Assembly (NCBI GenBank): GCA_000437395.1
Contig: FR898169.1
Location: 85 to 64,084, forward strand
Source: Clostridium sp. CAG:288
GTDB taxonomy: Bacteria > Bacillota_I > Bacilli_A > RFN20 > CAG-288
DNA: 64,000 bases
Direction of reading: 5' to 3'
A model generated the notes under the pieces. It was not told where the DNA came from, searched no databases, and saw only the letters and a program-made list of their open reading frames with translations. Below are positions 37,068-46,288 of this stretch, in pieces (position 1 is the stretch's first letter; every line of letters begins with the position of its first letter). A program made the translations under genes and the position numbers.

Positions 37068-37837
37068 GTCAATATCAATTCACTTTATTAAAAACATATG
37101 ATTCAATATTCGAATTAGCTAAGGATATCTACAAATATCCAGGCCGTTTTTCTAACGCTTTTAAAACTAAAGAACTTATGGATTTCATAAAAGAACAAGA
37201 TCAAAAAAAGTATGAAGAAATATTAAAGCTACGTAGAAAGAACTATATACCTGATGTTTTCTTATTCAAAGCGTCATATATTTTAAATCCACATATGGAA
37301 TTACGTTATCACCATTTTCTTTTTAAAGATTACGAACAAATAGGCAAACAAATAAAAAAGTATAGTCCTAAAATTGATGTCTACATCCAAGATTTATTAA
37401 GATTTGGTCTTTTAGAAGAATATATGATTGCACAAGGCGATAATTATAAAAAGCCAGAATTATATGCCAGAGTAAAAAAAGTAATAGACGATTATAAAAA
37501 AGATAAAAATTTAGCTTATTTCGAATTAGCTTATGCGCTAGATCAGTCTAAAGAATTTATTTATGAAGGAGTAAAATATACTGATCCAAAAGTATTTCTA
37601 CAAACTAGATTAACAATTAAAAATTTATTTGATTTTGCTCGTACTTTTGAAGAAAACAAAGCTTTCTTTGCTTGGTTAAAAGCCATAGACCAAGAACAAA
37701 TAATTTTTAGATATAAGAGCTTAATTAGTTTAGTGGAAGAAAAAGAACAAGAATGTGTCAACAACGATTATGTAAATAAACAAAATAAAAATTCTGATAA
37801 GCTTGCATTTTTTTACAAAGAACTCGAGTCTAAATAA
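37064..37837 (+). CDS. Unknown 257-aa soluble, Lys/Tyr-rich protein; third gene of the overlapping operon
   Basis: Start overlaps the upstream stop. No recognised domain. Confidence 0.5.
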   Translation: MSQYQFTLLKTYDSIFELAKDIYKYPGRFSNAFKTKELMDFIKEQDQKKYEEILKLRRKNYIPDVFLFKASYILNPHMELRYHHFLFKDYEQIGKQIKKYSPKIDVYIQDLLRFGLLEEYMIAQGDNYKKPELYARVKKVIDDYKKDKNLAYFELAYALDQSKEFIYEGVKYTDPKVFLQTRLTIKNLFDFARTFEENKAFFAWLKAIDQEQIIFRYKSLISLVEEKEQECVNNDYVNKQNKNSDKLAFFYKELESK

Positions 37838-37893
37838 AGACAGAATATCAATTATGGGGTATAATATATGATTGGAAAAGGAGATTTATCAAA

Positions 37894-39594
37894 ATGAACA
37901 TTGAAGAAAAAAGCAAACTTTGGTTAAAAAGTAATTTAGTAAGCGATGCTGATAAAGAAACTATTAGAAATGCATCAAAAGAAGATTTGTTAGATATGTT
38001 CTATAAAGATATGGAATTTGGAACAGCAGGTATGCGTGGAGTTATCGGTCCAGGTTCCAATAGAATGAATACTTTAACTGTTAGAAAAGCTACAGTAGGT
38101 TTTGCACAATATCTCTTAAAAACATTTGGAGAAAAAGCTAAAACTATGGGCGTTGTCTTATCATGTGATAATAGACACGGGTCTCGTGAATTCGTTCTCG
38201 AAAGTAGCAAAGTCTTAAACGATTTTGGCATTAATACATATGTCTTTGACTCTTTAAGACCAACTCCAGAATTATCGTTTTCTGTCTCCTATTTCAAAGC
38301 TTGTGGCGGCATTATGATTACAGCTTCACATAACCCTAAGGAATATAACGGTTATAAAGTTTATGATGAAAACGGATGCCAATTAGTACCTGCAAAAACT
38401 GACGTTTTAATTCCAATGATTGAAGCGTTAGGTTCAGAAACTGAAATAAGATATGAAACAGTAGAAAATCGTGGCGTTGAAACTATCGTTGGCGATGAAG
38501 TTGACACAGCCTTTTTAGAGAAAGTTTACTCAACTTCTCTCCTTAATGAATCTAAAAAAATTAAAATTGTCTTTACTCCTCAACACGGAACATCATATAG
38601 ATTAGGTATCGAATTATTAGATCACTTAGGCTATGAACTATTTCCTGTTTTAGAACAATGCACAACTGATCCAGATTTTAGCGCAACAATTACACCAAAC
38701 CCAGAATCACCAGATGCGTATGTAAAAGCAATCGAATTAGCCAAAGAAGTTAAAGCTGATTTAATTTTAACAACTGACCCTGATGCTGATCGTGTCGGTG
38801 TTGGATTCTTAAATTCTAAAGGTGAATACGAACTTCACACTGGAAACCAGACTGGTGCTCTTTTGATAGACTATGTCTTAGGAACCAGAAAGGCATTAAA
38901 TTTATTACCTTCTAATGGTCTATTATGTAACACAATTGTTACATCTGTTTTAGGAAATAAAATTGCTGCAAGCTATGGCGTTGAAACAATGTCATTCTTA
39001 ACAGGATTCAAATTCATTGGTGAAGCAATTGAAAAATTCAACACAACAGGTGAAAAGAGTTTCCAATTCGGCTATGAAGAAAGCTATGGATATATCTTCA
39101 AAGATTTCTGCCGAGATAAAGATTCATTAGAAGCTCTACTCATGATTGCTGAAATGACAAATCACTATTACTTAAAAGGTTTAAGACTTGATGAAGTATT
39201 AGATAACATCTATAAAAAATACGGTTATCACATCAATAAACTTTATAATATCTTTTTTAAAGGCGCTGACGGCCAAGCCAAGATGAACGCACTTTTAGAA
39301 GAATTACGTGAAAAACCATTTAATGAAGTTAAAGGAGTAAAAGTAATCAAAGTAGAAGATTACCTTTTACAAAAAGCTACTACAGACCAAGGAACAAGTC
39401 CATTAACATCTCTACCTAAATCAGATGTTTTAAAATATTATTTAGCTGATGGCTCATGGTTTGCTATCCGTCCATCAGGAACAGAACCAAAATGCAAATT
39501 CTATTATGAAGCTATCGACTCTAATAAAGAAGTTGCTCAAAATAAGCCTAACTTATTCCACCAATATGTTTTAAAATCGTTAAATCTCGACTAA
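37894..39594 (+). CDS. pgcA: Phosphoglucomutase / alpha-phosphohexomutase family
   Basis: Active-site loop TASHNPKEYNGYKV, metal-binding TTDPDADRVGVGF and GTAGMRG. RBS AAAAGGAGA. Confidence 0.9.
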   Translation: MNIEEKSKLWLKSNLVSDADKETIRNASKEDLLDMFYKDMEFGTAGMRGVIGPGSNRMNTLTVRKATVGFAQYLLKTFGEKAKTMGVVLSCDNRHGSREFVLESSKVLNDFGINTYVFDSLRPTPELSFSVSYFKACGGIMITASHNPKEYNGYKVYDENGCQLVPAKTDVLIPMIEALGSETEIRYETVENRGVETIVGDEVDTAFLEKVYSTSLLNESKKIKIVFTPQHGTSYRLGIELLDHLGYELFPVLEQCTTDPDFSATITPNPESPDAYVKAIELAKEVKADLILTTDPDADRVGVGFLNSKGEYELHTGNQTGALLIDYVLGTRKALNLLPSNGLLCNTIVTSVLGNKIAASYGVETMSFLTGFKFIGEAIEKFNTTGEKSFQFGYEESYGYIFKDFCRDKDSLEALLMIAEMTNHYYLKGLRLDEVLDNIYKKYGYHINKLYNIFFKGADGQAKMNALLEELREKPFNEVKGVKVIKVEDYLLQKATTDQGTSPLTSLPKSDVLKYYLADGSWFAIRPSGTEPKCKFYYEAIDSNKEVAQNKPNLFHQYVLKSLNLD

Positions 39595-39595
39595 T

Positions 39596-41023
39596 ATGGA
39601 AGAAAATAAAAACACAGAATATTGGAACGGAGTAAAAGCCGAAAGAAAAAATACACGCAGATTTAGTGCACTATGTGGAATTACCGCTTTACTTGTCGGT
39701 GGTTTTGTAGGTTTTAGTGTTGGAAAAAATAGTTCTAAAAGCACTGTTGATCCTAACGCTCAAAAGCTAGTAGACGCATATAACTTAATTAAAAACCATT
39801 GGCTATTTGGAAACGAAATCGAAGACTTAGATAACGTTCTCGTTGAAATGATGCTTAACGGGTTATTTGACAACGATAACGATCCATACACTTTTTATAC
39901 AAAAGATGAAGCATCACAAGGCCTCGATACTACCGGATTAGGTTTTGGCGTTTCTTTTGCTAACTACTATGGTCAACCAATTATTAAAACTCTTCACAAT
40001 GGTTCAATGGCTAAAGCTGGTTTTAAAGCTAATGATATCATAGTCAGTTATTCTAAAAACGGAGCAGATAAAATTGAAACTTTAAATCAAGACTACTCTG
40101 AAACATTAAACAACTTAGTTGGAACAAACGGTGACTATTTTTCCTTTGAAGTAAATAGAAATGGTCAAATTATCACATTTAATAATGTCAAAGTAGAAAA
40201 ATATGAACAACAAACAGTATTTTTAGTCTCTGATATACTGATTGATGAAAAAAGATGTGTTGAAATAAGAATCAACACGTTTTTAGGGAATCCAGCAACT
40301 GAACTATCTAGCATATTAGAAAGACTTTTAAAAGATGGACAATCTATAGATAAGCTTTTAATAGATATTAAAGATAATGGTGGTGGTTACGTAGACCAAA
40401 TGGCTATTATCTCTTCTCTTTTTGTTCCAAAAGGTTCAACAATATATTCAATGACAAATAAAGAGCAAAAAGTTATCAGCGTATTTAAACAAGACAAAAA
40501 CCCTACATATAGCAAAGAACAAATTAAAGATATACGTATAGTTCAAAATGGTTCATCAGCCTCAGCTAGTGAATCGTTTACACTTGCCTTAAAAGATACC
40601 GAAACAGCTAAAGTATATGGAACCCAATCTTTTGGAAAAGGAATAGCTCAAACTTTCTATAACTTCAAGGATGGGTCGGTCATAAGATATACATACGCAT
40701 ATGTTAATGGTCCAAAAGGATATTCCATTAATAAAGTGGGAATAACACCTGATGTAGTTACTAACCAAGATTACTATGCTATTAAAAATACTTATGACTA
40801 TAAATATGAACTATCAACAATTGAAAACTATTTAACAAGTCAACTTCAATATTATGGGTATACTGGAGATTTATCAACTATGCTCGTTAATTTCCAAGCC
40901 GATAAAAGCCTTGAAGTAACTGGCACTTATAATAAAGAAACTTATAACTTCCTTGCTGGATTAAACTACGATACATTTAATTTAGAGTATTCAAAAGAAA
41001 ATAATTATATTTTATCTTTATAA
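39596..41023 (+). CDS. S41-family C-terminal processing peptidase with an N-terminal TM helix and a PDZ domain
   Basis: Motifs IDIKDNGGGYV, GSSASASESFTLALKD (catalytic Ser) and TQSFGKGIAQT (Lys). The start overlaps the pgcA stop (TAATATG). Confidence 0.75.
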   Translation: MEENKNTEYWNGVKAERKNTRRFSALCGITALLVGGFVGFSVGKNSSKSTVDPNAQKLVDAYNLIKNHWLFGNEIEDLDNVLVEMMLNGLFDNDNDPYTFYTKDEASQGLDTTGLGFGVSFANYYGQPIIKTLHNGSMAKAGFKANDIIVSYSKNGADKIETLNQDYSETLNNLVGTNGDYFSFEVNRNGQIITFNNVKVEKYEQQTVFLVSDILIDEKRCVEIRINTFLGNPATELSSILERLLKDGQSIDKLLIDIKDNGGGYVDQMAIISSLFVPKGSTIYSMTNKEQKVISVFKQDKNPTYSKEQIKDIRIVQNGSSASASESFTLALKDTETAKVYGTQSFGKGIAQTFYNFKDGSVIRYTYAYVNGPKGYSINKVGITPDVVTNQDYYAIKNTYDYKYELSTIENYLTSQLQYYGYTGDLSTMLVNFQADKSLEVTGTYNKETYNFLAGLNYDTFNLEYSKENNYILSL

Positions 41024-41240
41024 TAAATAAACACTTATCTACGACACATTATCTATGAAAAGTAAGTGTTTTTTAGTGAATAAATTTTTTCAATCTCTTT
41101 ACAACTATATATTGAAAAAATAAAACTTGAACATACCTTGAAAATGAAAGCGATTTTATGCTGATAAAGATTGCATTTACTATTTTAAAGATTATAATCA
41201 TAATTAAATTTTCATTAATTTATAAACGGAGGAAATCATT

Positions 41241-43697
41241 ATGAAAAAGAATTTTTTATCACTTTTTTGCTTAATGTCCCTCTTGGCTGTATCATCATGT
41301 GGTGGAAGTAACACATCATCTAGTACTTCTTCAACCAGTGGTAGCTCATCCAGCTCTACAACACAGCCATCGAGCATTTCAAGCATAATAAGTAGCAGTA
41401 GTAGTTCACTTATATCTACTCCTACACCAATTAGTTCAAGTTCAAGTTTAATTTCAGTTAACCCAACACCAACATCAACTGCTCAAGAAGTATTTAACTT
41501 CTTAAATAAAGCAGCAACTGAAACAAACTTCACACTTGAAGAATTAACAGATGAAGGTAGCCTACATATCACATTCAACCCTAAATACATTTACTATGAT
41601 TTATCCGATGCAGGATATGTTGCAATTCAAAGCTATAAAGATAGCAACTCTCAATTGCTCTATAATTTCACTAACGCTGAATCACCTGTAATTGAAAATG
41701 CAGTTGCATACACAGATGATAGTGGTCAAAAAGTCGCAATTACCTCAACTCAAACCTTAAACGCCTTATATGACGGAATGCAAGGAGTTACAGTTGATGA
41801 TATCAAGAGTAACTGGGACTATTACTACTCTAAAAATTCAACATTAATTGAAGGATTTGCATATTTAGTTGGTGCAACCAAATATGTCAATGGTATTGAT
41901 TCAATTAAATTTGCCTTAAATACTGACAAGACAGAATTACAATTTCAATTTGTTCCAAACTTCTCATCTGATACAGATTTAATCGACACAATAGGTGGAA
42001 CAATTTCTAAAGTTGGTTCGTCAAGCATTGCACAACTCGATTCTTTCATAGATACATACACATTACCTGAAACAAGCTTAAGTGATGAAGTTCTTTCTTC
42101 ATTAAGCGGAAAACAAGCTTATACAAGTACAGTTACATATCACTATGTTGGCGATCCAGTCGTTGAACAGAAAGATGTCGTTGTTGTTGATGAAAGTAAG
42201 AAACAATATACACGTCAAGTAAAGAATGTATCCAGTACTGAATTTGTTTCATTAGTTAAAGATGAAGAAACAGGTCATGCTGTTAGAGAATACATTGATT
42301 ATTCAAATAAAGTTGCTAAAAAAGATTTAGGTTCTGATTTTAATTCAGTAGTCTATCAACCAAAAGATTTAATCGAAAAAGAAGCTTTTAGACTTACAGG
42401 CGAAGGCGAATATACATATTTTGGCTACGATGGTCGTGCTTTTGTAAGAAGCTTAACAGATTATGAACCAGGCGAGATTTACTCCGTTACACTTTCTGTT
42501 AGCAATAGCAAGATTACTGCTCTCCATGCTGTTTCAACAACCCGCTATGACTCTTATAGCCAACCAATGTATTATGAAATCGATGTTGAATTCGGCCAAA
42601 GCACTGATTTCACAACAGTTGCAAGTCATGCAGTAGAAAATAAATATAATCCTATTTATAGAGGTTTAAGTTCATATTCCAGTGGCTACTTCATGTATTC
42701 ACACAAGATTGTAGTCCAAACAGTCACTACTGCTCAAAACTACAAAACAACAATTTCTGTCGTTGCTCGTCAATCTGGTCAACAGGCAAGTATTGATACT
42801 GTCATCTTTGATAGAGAATCTGTTGATACGGAAGAAGGAACATTAGGCGATCCAATTCATGTTATTACAGGCTATTATAAGAATAGTGAAGGTTTAGCTC
42901 CATTTAGAGTTACAAATGACAATAAAGTAATTGCTTCTGGTCCAGTATTAAAAGGTAAAGGTTTAGCTGATATATTCCACATGGATATTGCAGCTGGATT
43001 ATTCTATGCTACAGATAGCGAAGATCTCCCAAATGTCGGCGATGAAGTTCACTACAAACTTCACAATGATGTCAGCGATATTTCTGAACACATATTTGGC
43101 GGTGACAACGTCGATAATATTATCCCATCCTCATTAGAAATGACAGTCCAAAAATATAGTGTCAGTGGTTATCAACTTCAATTCTTAAGTCACATCGAAT
43201 ATGAATTTAATGGATATGGACTTTATACAGGTAAAGAAACAATCGATTTTTCTGATTATGGTACTTTGACTCTTCCAGAAGAATATGATTTCTCAACATT
43301 TGGAGATTGGGTAGAACCAACAACATGGGAATATGGTGCCTATGATGTATATCAAAAGATGGCTGCTGAATTCACATCTGATCAAATTGCTTTAATGCCT
43401 TACTTATATCAAAAAGAAATTGAAGGACATTGGGGCGTTGATGTTTATAATGATGGAACATATATTTGGGCATCCCTTTTCAACGATACTTATGCTGCAT
43501 CTGATAGTGATCCAATTAGTGAAGAATATATGGCTAAATTCGTTGCTCTCTTAAAAGAAAAAGGATTTGTTGAAAAACAATATCCATTAGCTGATCCAGG
43601 CCTAGGAACACAATTATATAAAGATGGTCTTTATGTAAGAGTTACAAATTCATTAATGGCTGGTATTCGTTTCTTAGTCGAAATTCCACAAGCTTAA
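41241..43697 (+). CDS. Large surface lipoprotein (818 aa) of unknown function
   Basis: SLLAVSSCGGSN followed by a ~60-aa Ser/Thr linker. RBS ACGGAGGAAA. No recognised domain. Confidence 0.7.
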   Translation: MKKNFLSLFCLMSLLAVSSCGGSNTSSSTSSTSGSSSSSTTQPSSISSIISSSSSSLISTPTPISSSSSLISVNPTPTSTAQEVFNFLNKAATETNFTLEELTDEGSLHITFNPKYIYYDLSDAGYVAIQSYKDSNSQLLYNFTNAESPVIENAVAYTDDSGQKVAITSTQTLNALYDGMQGVTVDDIKSNWDYYYSKNSTLIEGFAYLVGATKYVNGIDSIKFALNTDKTELQFQFVPNFSSDTDLIDTIGGTISKVGSSSIAQLDSFIDTYTLPETSLSDEVLSSLSGKQAYTSTVTYHYVGDPVVEQKDVVVVDESKKQYTRQVKNVSSTEFVSLVKDEETGHAVREYIDYSNKVAKKDLGSDFNSVVYQPKDLIEKEAFRLTGEGEYTYFGYDGRAFVRSLTDYEPGEIYSVTLSVSNSKITALHAVSTTRYDSYSQPMYYEIDVEFGQSTDFTTVASHAVENKYNPIYRGLSSYSSGYFMYSHKIVVQTVTTAQNYKTTISVVARQSGQQASIDTVIFDRESVDTEEGTLGDPIHVITGYYKNSEGLAPFRVTNDNKVIASGPVLKGKGLADIFHMDIAAGLFYATDSEDLPNVGDEVHYKLHNDVSDISEHIFGGDNVDNIIPSSLEMTVQKYSVSGYQLQFLSHIEYEFNGYGLYTGKETIDFSDYGTLTLPEEYDFSTFGDWVEPTTWEYGAYDVYQKMAAEFTSDQIALMPYLYQKEIEGHWGVDVYNDGTYIWASLFNDTYAASDSDPISEEYMAKFVALLKEKGFVEKQYPLADPGLGTQLYKDGLYVRVTNSLMAGIRFLVEIPQA

Positions 43698-43706
43698 TAA
43701 ATATAC

Positions 43707-43738
43707 CCAGTAAACACTATTGTTTACTGGTTTTTTTG
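43707..43738 (+). terminator. Rho-independent terminator
   Basis: CCAGTAAACA-CTAT-TGTTTACTGG followed by TTTTTTT. Confidence 0.7.
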
Positions 43739-43792
43739 ATACAAAAAAACAATATAAATAACTTTTTATAAATTACTTATATTGTTTTAATT

Positions 43793-44608
43793 TTAATCGT
43801 GATTTGTAATTAATAAATATTCGAGTGTTTTTTTAACACCATCATGATTATTATCTTCTAAAGAAACCATGTCTGCTTGGCTAATTAGTTCATCACTAGC
43901 ATTTTTCATTGCAACTCCTTTATAGGCAGCTCTTAACAAATCTTCATCGTTTTCAGCATCACCTATTGCAATTGTGTTGTTGTTATCAATTCCATACGCT
44001 TTTGCCATATCGCCTATTGCAGAGCCTTTATTAACATCTAAGAAGTACAATTCACAACAAGTAGAATCACCCCAGAATCTACAGCCAATATTTTCATAGG
44101 AGAATGCAATTTTAACGATTTTTTCATCAAAATCGTGATTCTTTAAAACAAAAATAGCGGTATGAGGATCTTCATCTAATATTTCTACAATATTTCCTTC
44201 ATGAATTCTAATTCCGTCTTTCCAAAAGAAATCTTCTATAGTTAAGTTATCGTGTAAAACCCATGCATCTTCATTTGTTTCACACATAATATTTGAAAAG
44301 TTATCTACTCCAATTTTTTCGATAATCTTTTTTATAATTTCTTTGTTAATTTTAGATAATTTTGTTTCAAGCTTTTTATTAATAGGATCTAGTACACAAG
44401 CACCATTATAACAAGCTATAGGTCCTGTCAATCCTATTTCATTGTAGTAAGGCATAATAGCTCTTAAAGGCCTTCCAGAAGCAATAGCGATGACATTACC
44501 ATCATTTTCTAAATATTTTAAATATTCCTTTGTTTCTTTACTTATCTCTTTTTTATCATCTAAAAGAGTTCCATCCATGTCTAATGCAATTAAATATCTT
44601 TTCTTCAT
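43793..44608 (-). CDS. Cof-type HAD-IIB phosphatase
   Basis: HAD motifs DMDGTLLDD and GDAENDEDLL. Confidence 0.8.
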   Translation of the reverse strand: MKKRYLIALDMDGTLLDDKKEISKETKEYLKYLENDGNVIAIASGRPLRAIMPYYNEIGLTGPIACYNGACVLDPINKKLETKLSKINKEIIKKIIEKIGVDNFSNIMCETNEDAWVLHDNLTIEDFFWKDGIRIHEGNIVEILDEDPHTAIFVLKNHDFDEKIVKIAFSYENIGCRFWGDSTCCELYFLDVNKGSAIGDMAKAYGIDNNNTIAIGDAENDEDLLRAAYKGVAMKNASDELISQADMVSLEDNNHDGVKKTLEYLLITNHD

Positions 44609-44622
44609 TTTTTACCTCAATA

Positions 44623-45612
44623 TTAAATGAGACCTACAGCTTTTTTAACTCTCTCTAAAACTTCAGTTGCAATTACTTTTGCTTTAGCAGCACCCTTAGC
44701 AAATATTTCATTTAATAATTCTTCGTTTTGTCTATAACTTAAATATCTTTGTTGGAATGGTTCTAATTCAGCAATGACAGCATCAGCAACTTTGCCTTTA
44801 AATGTACCATAGTTGCATCCAACAAATTCTTTTTCTGCATCTTCAATACTTATTTCTTTTATAGCAGCATAAATTTGCAATAAATTACTGATTCCAGGTT
44901 TATTTTCAACGTCATATTTAACTTCGCATCCAGTATCTGTCTTTGCAGACATAAACTTTTTACGTACTGTTTTCATATCGTCAGCTAAATATATTTCACC
45001 TTTTGGATCCTTTACTGATTTACTCATCTTTTGAGTAGGATCTGATAAATTCATAATTCTTTTACCAACTTTAGGTGTAATAGCTTTAGGCATTGATAAA
45101 ATATTTTCTTTATATCTATTGTTAATCCGACGAGCAATATCATGAGCTAATTCTACGTGTTGTCTTTGATCTTCACCAACTGGACAAAGTTCTGTATCGT
45201 ACATAAATAAGTCAGCAGCCATTAAGACAGGATAAGCAAATAATCCTACTCCTACTTCCTTTCCAGCATTTTTGTTAACAAAGTCTTTGTATTGAGTCAT
45301 TCTACTTAATTCACCCATATAAATATAGTTAATAATAATTGAGTTAAGTAAAGCAACCTCAGCTATATCACTTTGTTTAAATAAGCAACATTTTTCAGGA
45401 TCTAATCCTGCAGCCAAATAGAATGATAAAATATCATAAGTGTTATTTCTTAAATCTTGAGGATCAATAGGTTTTGTCAATGCATGTAAATCAGCTATAA
45501 AAATGTAAGTTTCATTTTCATCTTGATAAGAAGCAAAGTTTCTAAAAGAGCCTATATAATTTCCTAATGTCATTTTTCCTGTTGGCTTAACACCGCTTAA
45601 TACTCTTGCCAT
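44623..45612 (-). CDS. trpS: Tryptophan--tRNA ligase
   Basis: Class I motifs TGKMTLGNYIG (HIGH-like) and KMSKS. No T-box elements were seen in the 200-bp leader. Confidence 0.9.
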   Translation of the reverse strand: MARVLSGVKPTGKMTLGNYIGSFRNFASYQDENETYIFIADLHALTKPIDPQDLRNNTYDILSFYLAAGLDPEKCCLFKQSDIAEVALLNSIIINYIYMGELSRMTQYKDFVNKNAGKEVGVGLFAYPVLMAADLFMYDTELCPVGEDQRQHVELAHDIARRINNRYKENILSMPKAITPKVGKRIMNLSDPTQKMSKSVKDPKGEIYLADDMKTVRKKFMSAKTDTGCEVKYDVENKPGISNLLQIYAAIKEISIEDAEKEFVGCNYGTFKGKVADAVIAELEPFQQRYLSYRQNEELLNEIFAKGAAKAKVIATEVLERVKKAVGLI

Positions 45613-45764
45613 AATATTCTCCTTTCACGCAAGATTTACTTTAGCATTAAAGAATGCTTAAGTCAAATAACAATACTCAAAAATTATCATATTTACTATC
45701 TTTTTATAATAAAAAGATAAATATCTTCAAAAAAGAATAATTTTTAGTTTTTTTCAAAAAACTC

Positions 45765-45793
45765 TTGCAATATAGTTGTCTATATAATACAAT
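45765..45793 (+). promoter_or_regulatory. Candidate promoter of the tRNA-Gly/tRNA-Ser cluster (TTGCAA-17-TACAAT, with TATAAT nested)
   Basis: -35 TTGCAA at 45765-45770 and -10 TACAAT at 45788-45793, 18 nt upstream of the tRNA 5' end. Confidence 0.45.
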
Positions 45794-45811
45794 ATACGAG
45801 CGCAGTAAGTT

Positions 45812-45885
45812 GCAGGCGTAGTTCAGTGGTAGAACGTAACCTTGCCAAGGTTAATATGCGGGTCCGATTCCCGTCGCTTGCTCCA
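45812..45885 (+). tRNA. tRNA-Gly (anticodon GCC)
   Basis: GCAGGCGTAGTTCAGTGGTAGAACG..TAACC-TTGCCAA-GGTTA..GGGTCCGATTCCCGTCGCTTGCTCCA. Anticodon GCC. Confidence 0.85.
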
Positions 45886-45896
45886 TTTAGAAATTA

Positions 45897-45923
45897 CAAT
45901 TGACCGAAAGGTCAATTTTTTTA
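45897..45923 (+). terminator. Terminator-like hairpin after tRNA-Gly
   Basis: CAATTGACC-GAAA-GGTCAATT followed by TTTTTTT. Confidence 0.55.
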
Positions 45924-46017
45924 TGCTTTGAATTAGTATTATTTGAAAATTAAAGTCTATTTTTTATAAAAACTATAGACTTTTAGGCTCGTTTTCATAT
46001 ATAATATCCAAGCATTT

Positions 46018-46106
46018 GGAGCAATACCCAAGAGGCTGAAGGGGCGGGCTTGGAAAGCTCGTAGACAGTAACATGTGCAAGGGTTCAAATCCCTTTTGCT
46101 CCGCCA
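46018..46106 (+). tRNA. tRNA-Ser (anticodon GGA), type II with encoded CCA
   Basis: GGAGCAATACCCAAGAGGCTGAAGG..CGGGC-TTGGAAA-GCTCG..long variable arm..GGGTTCAAATCCCTTTTGCTCCGCCA. Confidence 0.85.
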
Positions 46107-46120
46107 TCTTAAAAACCATT

Positions 46121-46151
46121 AGCTGATATAGTATAATATCAGCTTTTTTTG
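46121..46151 (+). terminator. Terminator after tRNA-Ser(GGA)
   Basis: AGCTGATAT..ATATCAGCT followed by TTTTTTTG. Confidence 0.6.
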
Positions 46152-46288
46152 TATATTAAATCTAAATATATAGATTCAAGAATTGCTCTTTTCCACATGA
46201 ATAAAATAGTTATTTTATAAATTTCTATAATCAAAAAGCTGCCGATTTCTAAAATATTAATTTAGATCTCAACAGCTTGCTTGTTTAT

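Noticed and set aside
41204-41386. 60-aa minus-strand ORF overlapping the start of the 818-aa lipoprotein gene
   Set aside because: It is antisense to a strong lipoprotein signal-peptide coding region and has no RBS.
44623-45811. Expected T-box leaders upstream of trpS (and proS at 4610-4720)
   Set aside because: No conserved T-box sequence (AATTAGGGTGGTACCGCG-like) or specifier/antiterminator structure could be found. The leaders are short and AT-rich.
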